NCBI GenBank assembly: GCA_030390025.1
Contig: CM059432.1
Location: 116,810,001 to 116,874,000, forward strand
DNA length: 64,000 nucleotides
Direction of reading: 5' to 3'
DNA from: Squalus acanthias
Lineage: Eukaryota
A program made the translations under genes and the position numbers. Under the pieces are notes generated by a model, which was given only the letters and a program-made list of their open reading frames with translations, made no database searches and had not been told where the DNA came from. Shown here piece after piece: positions 1-13,509 of the stretch. How positions within the stretch are numbered: position 1 is the stretch's first letter; each line of letters begins with the position of its first letter.

Positions 1-24
1 TCTCTAGAATTTCTCTCTCCGCTA

Positions 25-642
25 CATAGAGGCATAGAGTACAAAAGCAAGGAAGTTATGATAAACCTTTATAAATCACTGGTTCAACCTCAACTGGAAT
101 AGTGTGTCCAATTCTGGGCACCGCACTTTAGGAAGGATGTGAAGGCCTTAGAGAGGGTGCAGAAAAGATTTACACGAATGGTTCCAGGGATGAGGGACTT
201 CAGTTACATGGATAGACTGCAGAAGTTGGGCTTGTTCTCCTTAGAGCAGAGAAGGTTGAGAGGAGATTTGATAGAAGTGTTCAAAATCGCGAGGGGTCTA
301 GACAGAGTAGATAGAGAGAAACTGTTCCCATTGACGGAAGGGTCGAGAACCAGAGGACACAGATTCAAGGTGATTGGTAAAAGAACTAAAGGCGACATGA
401 GGAAAAACTTTTTTATGCAGCATGTGGTTAGGATCTGGAATGCACTGCCTGAAAGGGTGGTGGAGGCACGCTCAATCGTGGTTTTCAAAAGGGAGTTGGA
501 TAAGTACCCGAGAGGAAAACATTTGCAGGGCTACGGGGAAAGGCGGGGGAGTGGGACTAGCTGAAGTGCTCTTGCTGAGAGCCAGCATGGGCTCGACGGG
601 CCAAATGGCCTCCTTCTGGGCTGTAACCATTCTATGATTCTA
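25..642 (+). mobile_element. CR1 3' fragment
   Basis: ALERVQKRFTRMVPG...RRLRGDLIEVFK; TTCTATGATTCTA tail. Confidence 0.92.
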
Positions 643-1439
643 GTGGAGGCATTAACCCAGTTATTTTAAATGGGTTAGCGTCACTGCTAAAATAGCAGAG
701 AAAGGAATTTCAAACAAATGTGTTACGTGTTTGTACTCTAGTATCGCAGGGGGTAACTTCAGGGCCACACTGTGTGCTGTGTACTTGGGGTGGAATGTGT
801 CTGACATATTGTGGCACAAGTTTTCATTATTGAAAGACAAGATTAGGCACTATTTTAATAGTGGCCTAGTGGTTATGATATTGGACTAGCAACCCAGAGG
901 TTGAGAGTTCAAATCCCATGGCAATATGTGAAATTGAATTCAATAAGAAAGACTATTTTAATGAATCTGGTTTGGTTCATTCTTTTCCATTGCGAGACTG
1001 GTTAAATATTAAACACGTGTCATTTTTAAATTCTCTTCTGCTCTTTTTCCCCACCTTGAAGTCCTGCGAAAGAATGAATTAGAATCAGAAATATGATGAC
1101 ACGTAATAACCCAGCGAGGATGCAGAGAGAAGGAAGAACACGTACCATGTTGTATTTAGAACTCAGGGACAAGAGGAAGTGGTTCAGAAGACCAATGACA
1201 TTGTGCATAGCATTGATAAATTGAGAAAAGTAAGGTTGTGATGGGAAGAAAGATAATTTAAAGGCTACAAGAGGGAAGAACTGATGAAAATACAGTTTGA
1301 ACATTTAGCTGGCTAAAAGCGAACAGAGAAAAAACCTAATACAAAAAGAAAATACTGCAGATGCTGGAAATCTGAAATAAAAACAGAAAATGCTGGAGAT
1401 ACTCAGCAGGTCAGGCAGCATCTGTGAAGAGAGAAACAG

Positions 1440-1476
1440 AGTTAACGTTTCAGGTCGATGACCTTTCGTCAGAACT
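1440..1476 (-). ncRNA. Minimal hammerhead ribozyme motif in a Penelope pLTR fragment (~1340-1478)
   Basis: AGUU-CUGACGA-A-AGGUC auc GACCU-GAAACGUU-AACU; a variant with GAAAUGUU lies at 61715-61751 (-). Confidence 0.7.
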
Positions 1477-3069
1477 GGCTATGTTTGGTTTCTTTTCTAG
1501 GATAAAAGGCAGGAGAGGTTAAGAGACATTAAGAGATATTCAAGGCGAAAGGAGATGGTAATGAGACAGGTTAAGAAACAAAGGATAGCTCTAGATGAAG
1601 TATGAATTGCGCTGGCAGAATGAAAGACAGCTGCCATGTGGGAGAGAAGAAACACTCAGGCAAAAAGTGTGGATGAAAAATATATATATGATAGGGGCCG
1701 AGGTTATGACAAAACCTATATGACAACTGTTGCAATCAATTCCTTCGTTCAAGGTGTTAAACTGCAAATCCTCTTTGCTGGAAGATAGCCACGTCTGCTA
1801 ATTGGGAACAGGTTACAAACTGCTTCACGGACCAGTAATTTTGCTTAAATGGAAATTTAAAAATTGCTACTGCTGTTGTTAAAATGATGTATTAAGTTTG
1901 AATCATCATCAAGCCTGGACCCAGTTGTAATCTTTGTGGAACTATTTTAAGTGTGTCCTGTAATGGCTGGATGGATATTCGATAATCATCAAACAAACAT
2001 CAGCTTGGACAGGCAAGGATGCTACTTACAGGGGAAAATACAAGTTCTCTTACAGCTCCATCTGTTTTGTTCTTCCCCTCCCAAAGGAGCCAGCTGAAAG
2101 CAGATGAAACTCATTAAAAGTTGGAATCCAGTCAACACCAGAATAGAGGCGTGCAGTTAAAGAGATAGGAAGTTAAGCACCTTAAGCGAGTTTGTGCAGT
2201 TCTGTCTTACACCAGTATATTGCTGTTTAAAGGGTACAGTATTTTAATCTGAATTTGCTTGTCAAATTTTAAAATAAAACAATTGCATTTGCTCAGGAAC
2301 GGAAACAGTTTAAAAACCTTGAACTATTTCACCCTCCCCTAAACCTTTCCTAGTTTAGAGAAACTATACCAAAAATGAACATTAATTACATCAGTGCCAA
2401 ACTATTTCCACATCATTATCAATGGTGGGGTGAGACTGAAATTGGTCTTGTGCAGTTGCACAAAACTGGCGATAGCGAATCGGTAAAGAAAGAACTTGCA
2501 TTTATATAGCGTCTTTCACCTTAGGATGTCCCAAAATGCTTTACAGCCAATGAAGTACTTTTGAAGTGTAGTCAATGTTGTAATGTGGGAAATCCGTTTT
2601 GCATACTTCCTGATTTTCTTGTTTTTAAACGGCTAGCATGTAAATCAGGTTGCCAAGTCAATTTCACTCCGCGGTGTCCTATACAGTAAGTCTTATCCCT
2701 TCATCTTGGCTTCTGCCTACTTGCCACTGGTACTGGTAGAAAAACGGCTAAAAAAAACTGCTCAAATATATGGCAAGAGGTATTTGATATGACTTGTTCC
2801 ATGCAAAATACCTGGCATAGTCCATATGTTTTCTTTCAATGCATAATTCACATCTCCATTTGGCAGGGACACTGCTCAGCGAGAGAAAGCATGATAAATT
2901 TCAGCTCTGGGATCACACCACGGTAAGAAAGGGCCCTGTGGGGGTGCCATTTACTCTATCTGATAGGCTTGGCATTTCGCTTAGTTCAAACTCTGGTGCT
3001 GCAGCCATCTGTTCAGACATTTCTCATTTAAACAGTCAGAAATCAAACCTTAAAGGAATAAGAGCTTAA

Positions 3070-3359
3070 GGGGGAAAAATTGGGTTGATTTGCACCTCCA
3101 GTTAGTGCGCCCGGGGGAGGGAGGCCTGTAATACCGCGGTGCTACGTGCCGACGCGCATGGCGCAGTTGCACGTAGCGCCACGATATTCAGTGGTAGCGC
3201 CCCAGGAAGGAGGGGGAGCGCATCCAGTAGCGCCCCGCCTCCTGCTTGGGGCGCGACCACTGAATTTACAGCGCAGGGGCGTTAACTTTTTCAGGGTGCT
3301 AAAAGTAGCGCCCCGGCGAAGTTAGCGCCCCAAAGGGGGCACCACCGAATTTTTCCCCC
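3070..3359. mobile_element. 290-bp Harbinger MITE
   Basis: TIR GGGGGAAAAATT; TSD TAA (3067-69, 3360-62); many TAGCGCC motifs. Confidence 0.88.
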
Positions 3360-3379
3360 TAAAGGCTTTTCAACGCAAA

Positions 3380-4170
3380 GATAAAAAGCAAAATACTGCA
3401 GACACTAGAAATCAAACAAAAACAGAAAGCGCTGGAAACACTCTGCAGGCCAGTCAGCATCTGTGGAGAGAACAGGCAAGTTAATGTTTCGGATATGGGC
3501 CTTTCTTCAGAACTGGAACGTAAGAGGTGGACAGGGTGGGGGGAAACAGAAAAACCGAGAGAGGAATCATGAGGGGAATGATGCAACACGTCAAGTAATG
3601 GACAGAAGCATTGACACATTAAAGAGACAGAGTGTGTATTCTGATAAAGGATCTAAATCTGAAACATTAACTTGCCAGTTCTCTCCACAGATGCTGACTA
3701 GCCTGTTGAGTGCTTCCAGCATTTTCTGTTTTTTAATTTCAGATTTTCAGCATCTGTACTTTTTTTGCTTTTTGTTTAAGGAATCGAGAGGCCTGGGGAA
3801 ATGTGACAAGAGCTGCGAAACATGAAAAACCATGGTGGGTGCAGGGTCGGGTATGAAATGAACACAGGTTTGAAAATAAGGATCGAGCTAAAGGCTGAAG
3901 TTACTGAAGTCAACATTCAAACGAGAGGGTGGCAGGAAGTCAAAGAGAAAGATGAGCTACCGTTCTTGAAGCTGGTACTGAGCTTTTTTGGAACGATATA
4001 AAGACCAATGTCAGAGAGGTCAGAGTGGGAAATTGGAGGGGAGTTAAAGTAGCGAGCCACAGGTCACTTGGGGTCACACTCGCAGATAGTACAGAAGTGT
4101 TCAGCAAAGCGGTCATCTGGTCTGTGCTTGGTTTCCCTAATGTAGAGGAAGCTGTACCGTGAGGTTAGAC
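3380..4170 (-). mobile_element. Decayed Penelope-like fragments
   Basis: LYIRETKHRPDDRFAEH (GIY-YIG-like) at ~4064-4150; inverted pLTR-type copies at ~3380-3520 and ~3640-3775. Confidence 0.65.
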
Positions 4171-5463
4171 CTGAGGCATATTGTTTGGGCAGAACAGAGG
4201 GTGTTATTACTGAGCTAACAGTGTTTGCCTGAAATGGAAAATGTTTCACTAACATCCAGCACTTCAACAGTCATGAACATTTGCAAAACAGTTTTCTTTA
4301 AAAAAAACCAGAACATATGTTATACATTAAAATCAGTAGATGGGTCATCAATTTCCATACAATACCCGTCACGCCTGGGGGTGCTGCTCGGATAGCGTTT
4401 TTAATGGCAAATGTCAGCTAACATTCCCAGCTTAAAAAAACTAGCTTCCCTTGTATACTGTTGAATTGACTCTGCATTGTACTGTATCACACACACTAGC
4501 CACTGAGTGGCTGAGCACCAATGTGTGTGATTTATCCCAAAGGCTTACCTTAAGTATTACTAATTTTCAACATACAAAATATGTATTTTTTTTTAAATCA
4601 CCACAGTGGTTCACTGTTCAGTTGCATCATCCCTGACCCATTCAGGAATTCCTGTGGCCTGCCAGTGGATGGTGATTTCCCTTGTTTACCTCCAACGCCC
4701 CTACAATGGACAATTGCGAAAACGAATCCCACTGCCTTTCCTTTGTACACTCATGACTAATAGAGCGCTCACCATTGGGACTTGACAAGTGTGAACACTG
4801 CCACCACCGCCTCCCTCATCCGCTGAAAGTGGGGCTAGAATATCTTTTGAGAAGGCCTTAATGCTTTCGCTGACTAGAGACACCGTGGGCCTCCCTTTGC
4901 TCTGGTAGTCTTTTTCATGTCCTCTGAACCTCTGACGTACCCCCATAGGAGATAGCCACAGAACTGGCCCAACATTGGGTGAACCCGCCCCTCACCTCCA
5001 GCTGAAACAGTGGAGTTGTCAATGGCCCCCGACGACGGCCCCAGCACCCTGGATCAAAATCAGAGCCTCTTGAAGCATAGAGACGATAACACACCCCTAC
5101 CCTCCTGAAGATAGCAAAATCAATGCCACAGGCAGGCAAGGGAGGGTAGAAAGTTAACCAACCCCTCCTGTTTCTGAATTTCAAATTTAGTGGATGATAG
5201 GGTAGCTTCATTCGCATTCTCTGCTCCCCTGCACCCCTTCTCTTCCAATGTCCCTTCTTCCCTCCTCTCTCTCTCTCCCATACGCTATTAGATCAGCTAA
5301 AAGGATAATGGAAAAAAAGAGGATCGTAGACAATTGTAGAAAGTAATGAGAAAAGGTTTTTCAGTTATGTTAAGAGTCAGAGGACTGTCAAAGACTGTAT
5401 TGGGCCATTGAAGGATGTTCAAGGACAGATTACAAAGGACTCACGGGGTATAGTGGAAATATT

Positions 5464-7654
5464 GGGCCTGAAATGACGCTGTGCGTACGCTGTCGGAAGC
5501 CCTCAGAATGGCCCCGCAAGTTCCGGGCTTCCACATGTGCTGTGCATGCACGAAAACCCGAAACTTGTGACCTGTCAAGTTTCGCTTGGACAGATCCTTC
5601 ACATCCGCTAGAAGGGGGATAGAACATGTCCAGGGAATTATAGACTCGTCAGCTTAACATCAGTGGTAGAAAAAAATAATGGAATCCCTACTAAAGGAGA
5701 AAATAGAAGAACATCTAGAAACCAAAAATATAATAATGATTGTCAGCATGGATTCCAATAGGGAAAGTCTTGCTTGACCAACCTCATTGAATTTTTTGAA
5801 GAGAGGTAATAGAGAGAGTAGACAATGGCAATGCAATAGATGTAATTTATCTGGATTTTCAAAAGGCCTTCGATAAGGTACCCCATAATAGACTGATGAG
5901 CAAGGTCAGAGAATGCGGAGTCAGGGGACAAGTAGCAGAATGGGAGTCAGGGGACAAGTAGCAGAATGGATTGCTGGCTGGCTTCAGGACAGAAAGCAGA
6001 GTGGTAGCTATTCACAGTAGCAGAAGGTGGGTAGTGGTCTTCCACAAGGATCAGTGCTGGGACCACTGCTGTTCACAATTTACATTAGCAATTTAGACTT
6101 AGGAATCAAAAACACAATTTCTAAATTTGCAGATGACACCAAATTGGGGGAATAGTCAATACTGAGGAGGACTGCAACAAGTTATAGGAGGACATTAATA
6201 AACTTGCAGAATGGGCATATAATTGGCAAATGAAGTTCAACACAGATAAATGTGAGGTATTACATTTTGGTAGGAAGAACAGGGAGGTCACTTACCACTT
6301 GGGAGGGTGCGAGTCTAGGTGGGGTAGAGGAACAAAGGGATCTTGGAGTACAAATATACAAATCACTATAAAAGTTGCGACACAGGTTAGCAAGGCCATA
6401 AAAAAAGCAAACCAAGCACTAGGGTTTATTTCTAGAGGGATAGAATTGAAAAGTAGGGAAGTTATGCTAAACCTGTATCGAACCTTGGTTAGACCACACT
6501 TGGAGTACTGCGTACAGTTCTGGTCGCCATATTATAAAAAGGATATAGAGGCACTGGAGAAGGTGCAGAGAAGATTTACAAGGATTATACCAGAAATGCG
6601 AGGGTATACATATCAGGAAAGGATGAACAGGCTGGGTTTCTTTTCTCTTGAAAAAAGGCTGAGGGGTGACCTAATAAAGGTTTTCAAAATTATGAAAGGT
6701 TTTGATAGAGTGGATACAGAGAGAATGTTTCCACTTGTGGGGAAGAGCATAACCAGAGGCCATCAATATAAGATAGTCACCAAGAAATCCAATAGGGAAT
6801 TCAGAAGAAACTTCTTTACCCAAAGTGGTGAGAATGTGGAACTCGCTACCACAGGGAGTGGTTGAAGCGAATAGTATAGATGCATTTAAGGGGAGGCTAG
6901 ACAAACATATGAGGGAGAAGGGAATAGAGGGTTATGCTGATAGAGTTAGATGAGGAAAGGCGGGAGGAGGCTCGAGTGGAGCATATACGCCGGCATGGAC
7001 TGGTTGGGCCGAATGGTCTGTTTCTGTGCCGTATAACCCATGTAATCCAATGCTACAAAAATCACTTTTCGCTGGCGCAGAGTGTGGCTATTTACCCAAC
7101 TACTGCCCAGCGAATGCCCACGAAACCCTTACGCCTGGTAAAAACAGGTGTAAGGCCTTCATTTACCATCGTAAGGGTGAAAATAAATGTTAAAATAATT
7201 TTCTTTTAAAAATTTAAACATACACATACATTTAAAATTAGTTTAGGTAAATTTTGGCCCGTTTTAAAATGTTTACATTTATTTTTCAAAAAATCAAATT
7301 TTTAATTTTAAAAACTTAATTAAATTATCTTTTAATTAATTTTGAACATGGAAACGTTTATTTTTACTTAAGCGGTGTGAATTCTTATTTATTTGGGGGA
7401 TTCCGTACGTAAATGGAATCCCCATAAGCATCATGGGAATCCCCCTTTTTGATTAGTTGACCGGGTCCACGTGATCCCAGGGACGCTGGCGAACCGCCTG
7501 CGTCCCTGGGATCAGTGGGCGTTTACGCAGGCGTACGCCTGCAGGCCCAGCACCCGAAGAGTCCGAAGCTCGAGAGACACCAGGTACGTTCGGATTTTTC
7601 TTTCAGTTTGGAGACGTATTTTTTTGGTACGCCTCCGACCGCAAATTCAGGGCC
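5464..7654. mobile_element. Harbinger-type non-autonomous element inserted in a CR1 and itself containing a CR1
   Basis: Imperfect TIRs GGGCCTGAAAT / revcomp GGCCCTGAATT; TSD ATT. The flanks rejoin to CR1 ORF2 VEILNEHFALVFT. Confidence 0.75.
5609..7050 (+). mobile_element. CR1 3' fragment (RT)
   Basis: SQHGF, LDFQKAFDKV, FADD and RPHLEYCVQFWSP motifs; short internal duplication at ~5917-5969. Confidence 0.92.
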
Positions 7655-8140
7655 ATTAAATGAGCACTTTGCATTGGTCTTCACGCTTGAAGACGATGCA
7701 TGACTGTTAGAATTTAATTACATAGAGAGGAACATATTAGGAACACCCAACATGGCTTTAAGAAAAGGAGGTGCTGTCTTACAAATTTTATTGTATTTTT
7801 TGAAGAAGTCACCAAGATGGTGGATGAGGGAAACCCAGTAAATGCTGTCTACATGGACTTCTAAAAAACTTTTGACAAGATACTGCATAAGAGGCTTCTC
7901 TACAAGATCTGAGCCTCTAGTGTTAGTGGTAATATATTGAGCTAGATTGAGAACTGGCTGGTAGGCCGTAGGCAGAAAGTAGTTGTAGATGGTTTTAGAT
8001 CCGCTTGGAGACCAGTCACCAATGGTGTCCCGCAGAGATCGGTGTTGGGACCATTGCTCTTTGCTATATTCATTAATGATCTAGATGTAGGTGTTGGAGC
8101 ACGATCTGCAAGTTTGCAGATGATACGAAGATGCACAAAG
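7655..8140 (+). mobile_element. Older CR1 RT fragment (continuation of ~5340-5463)
   Basis: Degenerate [21 protein letters not shown]. Confidence 0.75.
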
Positions 8141-8484
8141 CATCACAATTGTGTGGGACAGACTGGATTACCAGAGGGTCTTTTCATTGTTCGTATGCGC
8201 TCCCTCCCTCTCCTATACCTTCCCTCCCTCATCTGTCTACCTCCCCCCTCCCCTCCCTGGTCCAATTATCCCCTGACCTCTGCTTAACCTAAATACTGCA
8301 CTTGATCTCGACTCCCTACATGCGCAATGCCATGGGAGATCGACTAGTTTATTTTAAAGAAGCCAAAGAAAACCAAGCAAAATGAACACTGGCTAAACAA
8401 CATTTCCCTTAGAACAAAGACGAATTGACATTATTAAAATACTACAGGGTACAATAGCTATTCTACCTAGTCCTAGAATGATAC

Positions 8485-8691
8485 CCATGATGTGGAGATG
8501 CCGGTGTTGGACTGGGGTGGACAAATGTGAGAAGTCGCACAACACCAGGTTATAGTCCACCAGCTTTATTTGAAATCACAAGCTTTCGGAGCGCTGCTCC
8601 TTCGTCAGGTGACGAAGGAGCAGCGCTCCGAAAGCTTGTGATTTCAAATAAAGCTGGTGGACTATAACCTGGTGTTGTGCGACTTCTCACA
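8485..8691. repeat. Penelope-type insertion forming a perfect 82-bp inverted repeat
   Basis: Arms 8526-8607 and 8610-8691 with a 2-nt loop; 12-bp TSD CTAGAATGATAC (8473-84, 8692-703). Confidence 0.9.
8576..8612 (-). ncRNA. Minimal hammerhead ribozyme motif (Penelope-type)
   Basis: UCAC-CUGACGA-A-GGAGC agc GCUCC-GAAAGCUU-GUGA; identical copy at 33625-33661 (-). Confidence 0.7.
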
Positions 8692-9155
8692 CTAGAATGA
8701 TACAGCACAGAAGGAGGCCATTCGCCCATCGTGCCTGTGCCAGCTCTGTAGAAGATCTATCCAATCAGTCCCACTCCTCTGCTCTTTCCCCATAGCCCTG
8801 CAATTTATTTATTTTCAAGTATAAATCCAATTCCCTTTTGAAAATTATTACTGAATCTGCTTCCACCGTCCTTTCAGGCAGTTATACCTGATCATAACAA
8901 ATCGCTGCATAAAAAAAAAATTCTCTTCTTCTCTCCTCTGGTTCATTCGCCAATTATCTTAAATCCGTATCATCTGGTTACCGACTCACCTGCCAGTGGA
9001 AACAGTTTCTCCTTACTTACTCTGATCAAAACCCCGCATAATTTTGAACGTCTCTATTAAATCTCCCATTAACCTTCTCTGCTCTAAGGAGAACAATCCC
9101 AGCTTCTCTAGTCTCTCCGGATAACTGAAGTCCCTCATCCCTTGCATCATACTAT
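8692..9155 (-). mobile_element. CR1 3' fragment
   Basis: Reverse-complement match to the other CR1 3' ends in the window. Confidence 0.8.
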
Positions 9156-9266
9156 AACTCTACAAAGTTTTCAAAGGGGAAGGCCGATAACTTATGGAGT
9201 GTGATGTACAAGTAGTGAAACTTAGTCATTAAAAAGAACCCACAAATAAATATATAACATACATAC

Positions 9267-9364
9267 CTCTGGGTGGGCTCTACACTTCTTCAGAGCATCT
9301 CCATATATTTTGCTCGGACTCGAGGAGGAGAATAGCTCTTTAAATATTACATAGAATAATCCAC
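9267..9364 (-). CDS. TIMM21: TIMM21 coding exon 3
   Basis: AG/GT-flanked 98-nt exon encoding [32 protein letters not shown], a conserved TIM21 motif. Phase-compatible with exon 2. Confidence 0.96.
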
Positions 9365-11888
9365 CTGAAATGACAGAAGTCCATGTTAAAGAGAAGCATA
9401 GTGTAGTGCTGGAGTATTTTCAGTATGAAGTGCTTGCTCCACGTAAAAACTTCATAAGGGATTTATCCCTTAATTTTTATTTTTATTATTGATTTTTGCA
9501 TTCACTAGGATTCCTCTTCCCTCTGAAAGCTGGGGAACATCGAACATGCCTAGGTTCATTATTCACTTTGAGCACTTCTGGATCTGCATGCAAGGCAAAG
9601 TAAAATGATGATATCTCGGTCAGTTGATGGAGCCTCACTGGCCATGCCTGTAACTTGTCTTGTCAGAGCCACACCTGGGTGTGTGAGGAGACTTGAAATG
9701 ACAGGTTTCCATGGGAGACAAAAACCAGAGACGAAAATGATGCCACGTTCTACAAAGCATTTCATTTTTTGAACTTATGTAGGTGGACTTGGGTGGTGCT
9801 GGGGCCGGGCGGGGGCAGGAAAAGGAGTTGTCTTCTTTTAAAAATCTCAGACTTGGCCAAATGTGGCAATGTACAAGGGCACTAACTCCTATCGCTATGG
9901 AGCTGAACTAGAGTCTCTACCGTAATCTTGCTGCTAGTTCACTGTCTCAACCGCTCATTCAGAAGGGCTACAGGGGGAAATAAATGGGTTTGATATCTAG
10001 AATCCTGCTTAAAATCGCCATTGACAGATGCTCAGCAACGGATCTAACTACCATGGTCAGAAAAGGAGTTATGGTACAGGAAGGCCAATGAGGGAATGGC
10101 AGGAGAGAAGGAGAAACATCTTGAGTGTTTGAGGTGAACAGGAAGAGAATCAAAAATAAATGGCATACTGGAACACTTTTCATTCTATCGATGTACATAA
10201 ATGGCACAAAGATGTAAGTGGAATGAAAGAAAGTGTTCCATGGTGCTATAAACCCATATTGACAGATCTGAACTGGTACGATATTGCTGTTTAAGTGATA
10301 AACTGTTGAGCAGGTTCGATTAGTATTCAGCTGAGTCACTGTACAGAGATTCATGGCAAGATACAGAACTCCACCTTGAGGAGACAAGAGTTGATCGGAT
10401 ACCAACTCAGTCTCTTTTGCCAGCTGACCACTAACTAGTTTGGCATTTCGAGGCAGAGAATAGCTTAAGGCAGTAAGTTTGAGACTGGAATACATGGCCC
10501 CTTTCAGCGTGCGCACGAGACTCCCTAGGGAACTGCAAGACCATAATTACTAAAAGTGTGCAGGAGGAGGAGCTGGTGAAATGAGACGAAACATGAACGA
10601 GGGAGTGAATTAGAAGCGAGTTAGTTGTTTCGTCTGAGATTACACTGCGAGGTGGCAGCAGGAGGATACACAGCGGGAAGCTGACTGTGGGTTTCAAGAC
10701 CGTCTGTGGTTGGGCAGGTCATTGTTCCTAAAAATGTGTTTCCATGACTCAAGGAAATAGTCCATTGCTCAGGACAGGAGACTCCAGATACACAGAAGCA
10801 TCATCCCTTTACAGTCCCTTTCTCCCCCCACACTCGGATGCAATGCAGTACAGTACGTTGAACTTCGGATGGCAGAATTAAATCAAACATTTTTTTTTTA
10901 AAGATTTACTGTCTGAACTTTGGTAACCTGTAAACAATATTTTGGAAATACTTCCTCATCTTTATCAGTAGCAATTTACATGTTCCACTTCGGCTTTCTG
11001 CTTCATCAAACTGTTGAGCTCACAGTAAATCAAAGAAACACAAATGCAGGCTTCGGTTTTATGAATGTTAAGCAGTTATCATATATGCACATATGTAATT
11101 TACTGTAGATTTATCGAACACCCTATAATAAGTAACAGTAAAAGTGAATTCTTATTACAACACGTCAGGTCCCAAGTTACATTTCATCTGATCTATTCGA
11201 AAGGTTTTAGGTCAGGATTTCGACAATCTTTGCCAGCTGTCCTCCATACAAAAATTGAAAAATCATCGGTGGTATCGGTATACTTTGGTCAATTTGAGAT
11301 GAAGAAGTGGCCAATCCCACACATTGATTGTCGACATCTCCAACTTGTTGAGCAGACTTTCTCAATGCTTCCCAGTGGAATATCATTTTCACTTCCACAA
11401 AGAGTACTGCAGTCAGTCTACTTAGTAAGAAAAGGAGCGGGGGGGGGGGCGGGGGGGATATCAGGAAAAGAATTATCCCAGGCCACCGTCATACTCCTTC
11501 TAGAACTAGCTGAGAACTAGTTCTAGAACCAGCATTCCCAGGAGAAAGTCTGCAGTCTACCACAAGGTATACATGGTCTAGGAAGATGGAGACAATTTAA
11601 AACAAAAATACTAAAGACTATTCTTTTGCTTTCCCCAACCTCCCTAAAAGAGCAATTTAAAACCATCTGAAAGTTAATTATTTACTTGCAATTAATTTAT
11701 TAGATTTGTATATGAGGCATTAATCCCCAAGCACTCTTTTCCCCTCATTACTCCTTGCACGCCTATTAAAAGAAACCGTACAAATGGCTACTGTGATATA
11801 GCGGCTGTGGAATTATGCAAAGCATTCAACATTTGCCAACCTTCACAAGTGGGATAGTACAAAGATATACACACAAAAGATCTCTTAC

Positions 11889-11951
11889 CCGTTATGCCAA
11901 TCCCGACCAACACCACTAGAAGATAGGTCAGGTCTTTTCCAGCTTCCTTCA
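11889..11951 (-). CDS. TIMM21: TIMM21 coding exon 2 (transmembrane segment)
   Basis: AG/GT-flanked 63-nt exon encoding VKEAGKDLTYLLVVLVGIGITG, matching recalled human [22 protein letters not shown]. Confidence 0.95.
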
Positions 11952-13074
11952 CTGAAGGACACAAGAATTTGAAACAAGCCTCAGCCATGTAACAGTAAAC
12001 CTTGCGGGTTATAAAAGGTATAAATTACCAGTATTACCACGATTTGATTGATTATGATTGACATCATTCTTAAAACCTTCCATCAATTAATGAAATACTC
12101 AAGGATAAAAAAAACCTTTACAACTTATCCTTGGGTTATTATTGTAAGAAAAATACTTCAATTTCTTTAATGAAATTGATTTCTACATTGGGGGAAAAAA
12201 AAAATCAAATTTTTTTTATACTAAAGAAATAATTTGCATTTACCTAGGGCGTTTCATGCCCTCAGGACGATCCAAAGTGTTTCCTAGCCAATGGGGAAAA
12301 TGGATGCCGTCTTTCCTTACTGAATTTCAAAATGGAGAATTGTCTCCAAGAAAATAGGCCAGACTGATTGATCTGATAACGTGATAAGAGAAGGACAAAA
12401 TGTACAGTGTTTAAATCCATGGCAGGTGTGAGAACCAGGCAGTGTGTAAAACTGCCGTGTAATAATATCTCTGACCTTGGGTGATGGAACTCGTCTTTGA
12501 CGAACCAGAAACTGCATAACAACTGTGGGCTTTTCTGTAATCTTCAGTTTACTTCAGATTCTAGAAGTGACAGTTGAACTCCATGGGCTTGTACAACATC
12601 CACAAACCTCATTGTGTAGTGAGCTATGCAAGAAATACATTCTAGAAAATTGTATTTTTCACCACTCATGGACAGATTGTATCTATAAATATCTTACTAG
12701 TGGCTCCACTCGTACATTACTTCTTCTCTGTAGTATTTTACTTGCAAATAACCAAATTTGTTCATCTTAGCCCTAATATAAAAAGGTCCGACAATGTAGC
12801 ATTTCCCATTTTTCAGATTAGACAGGAGAGCGTGGTGGGCATCCCACGTGATCACCAGTACAATACACCATAACTGAAGGGTAATTGCAGCACGTGCTCT
12901 CACTCAGGGCATGCATAAATGGTGCAAGTTTCCGTTTTGGTGGAAGTTCAGTCTGCTTATACAAACCACCTTTTTACTGTGAAAATAAGTTACCTTTTGG
13001 GAGAAAGCACAAACTGTAACAATCAGCGCTTTAAAATATTCATTAGTTTAAAAAGTAGACATGGGCGACGATGA

Positions 13075-13260
13075 ACGACCCGATACTCAGTGGATAATTG
13101 CATCACTCGGTGGTGCACTGAGCTACACAGACCAGAAAGGCCCCAGGTTCAATCCCGGGTCTGTGCCGAGTTTGTTCATCTCGGCGGGTAGATGCCTTAC
13201 AATCAGCCTTAGTGTCCATCACACTTTGGGAGCAGGCAGAAAGCACCAAAGGGTCGCACT
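13075..13260 (+). mobile_element. Degenerate tRNA-derived SINE head
   Basis: CTCAGTGG A-box-like and GGTTCAATCCC B-box. Confidence 0.5.
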
Positions 13261-13509
13261 CAGATCACAAGATAAATATGATTTTCCTCATCCATTCAGC
13301 CCACCTTAGCTTATACAGCTGGTAAAACCCTCACCTCCCTCCGCCCCCCCCCCCCCCAATCACAGCATCCACTATCTCTTAAATGAATTCAACACATTTT
13401 CTTTCATTACTTGAAAATCAATTTCAATTGTGGACCATTTTGTGTGAAGAACTTCTTGACAGCATTCCAAATCAGCCCCTTCTGCTTGTCCTATCAAGGT
13501 TTATTTTGA

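Noticed and set aside
3479..3672. Additional hammerhead copies
   Set aside because: The core or stems are mutated (e.g. CUGAUAA, GAAACAUU), so they are unlikely to be functional.
4700..5220. TIMM21 exon 4 candidate (ESIK / RRRG-like words)
   Set aside because: No single frame gives the expected FGE..KGYGE.TRRGRRQHV motif with splice sites; exon 4 probably lies left of the window.
9968..10516. 182-aa minus-strand ORF
   Set aside because: Non-ATG start, no recognisable homology, and intronic.
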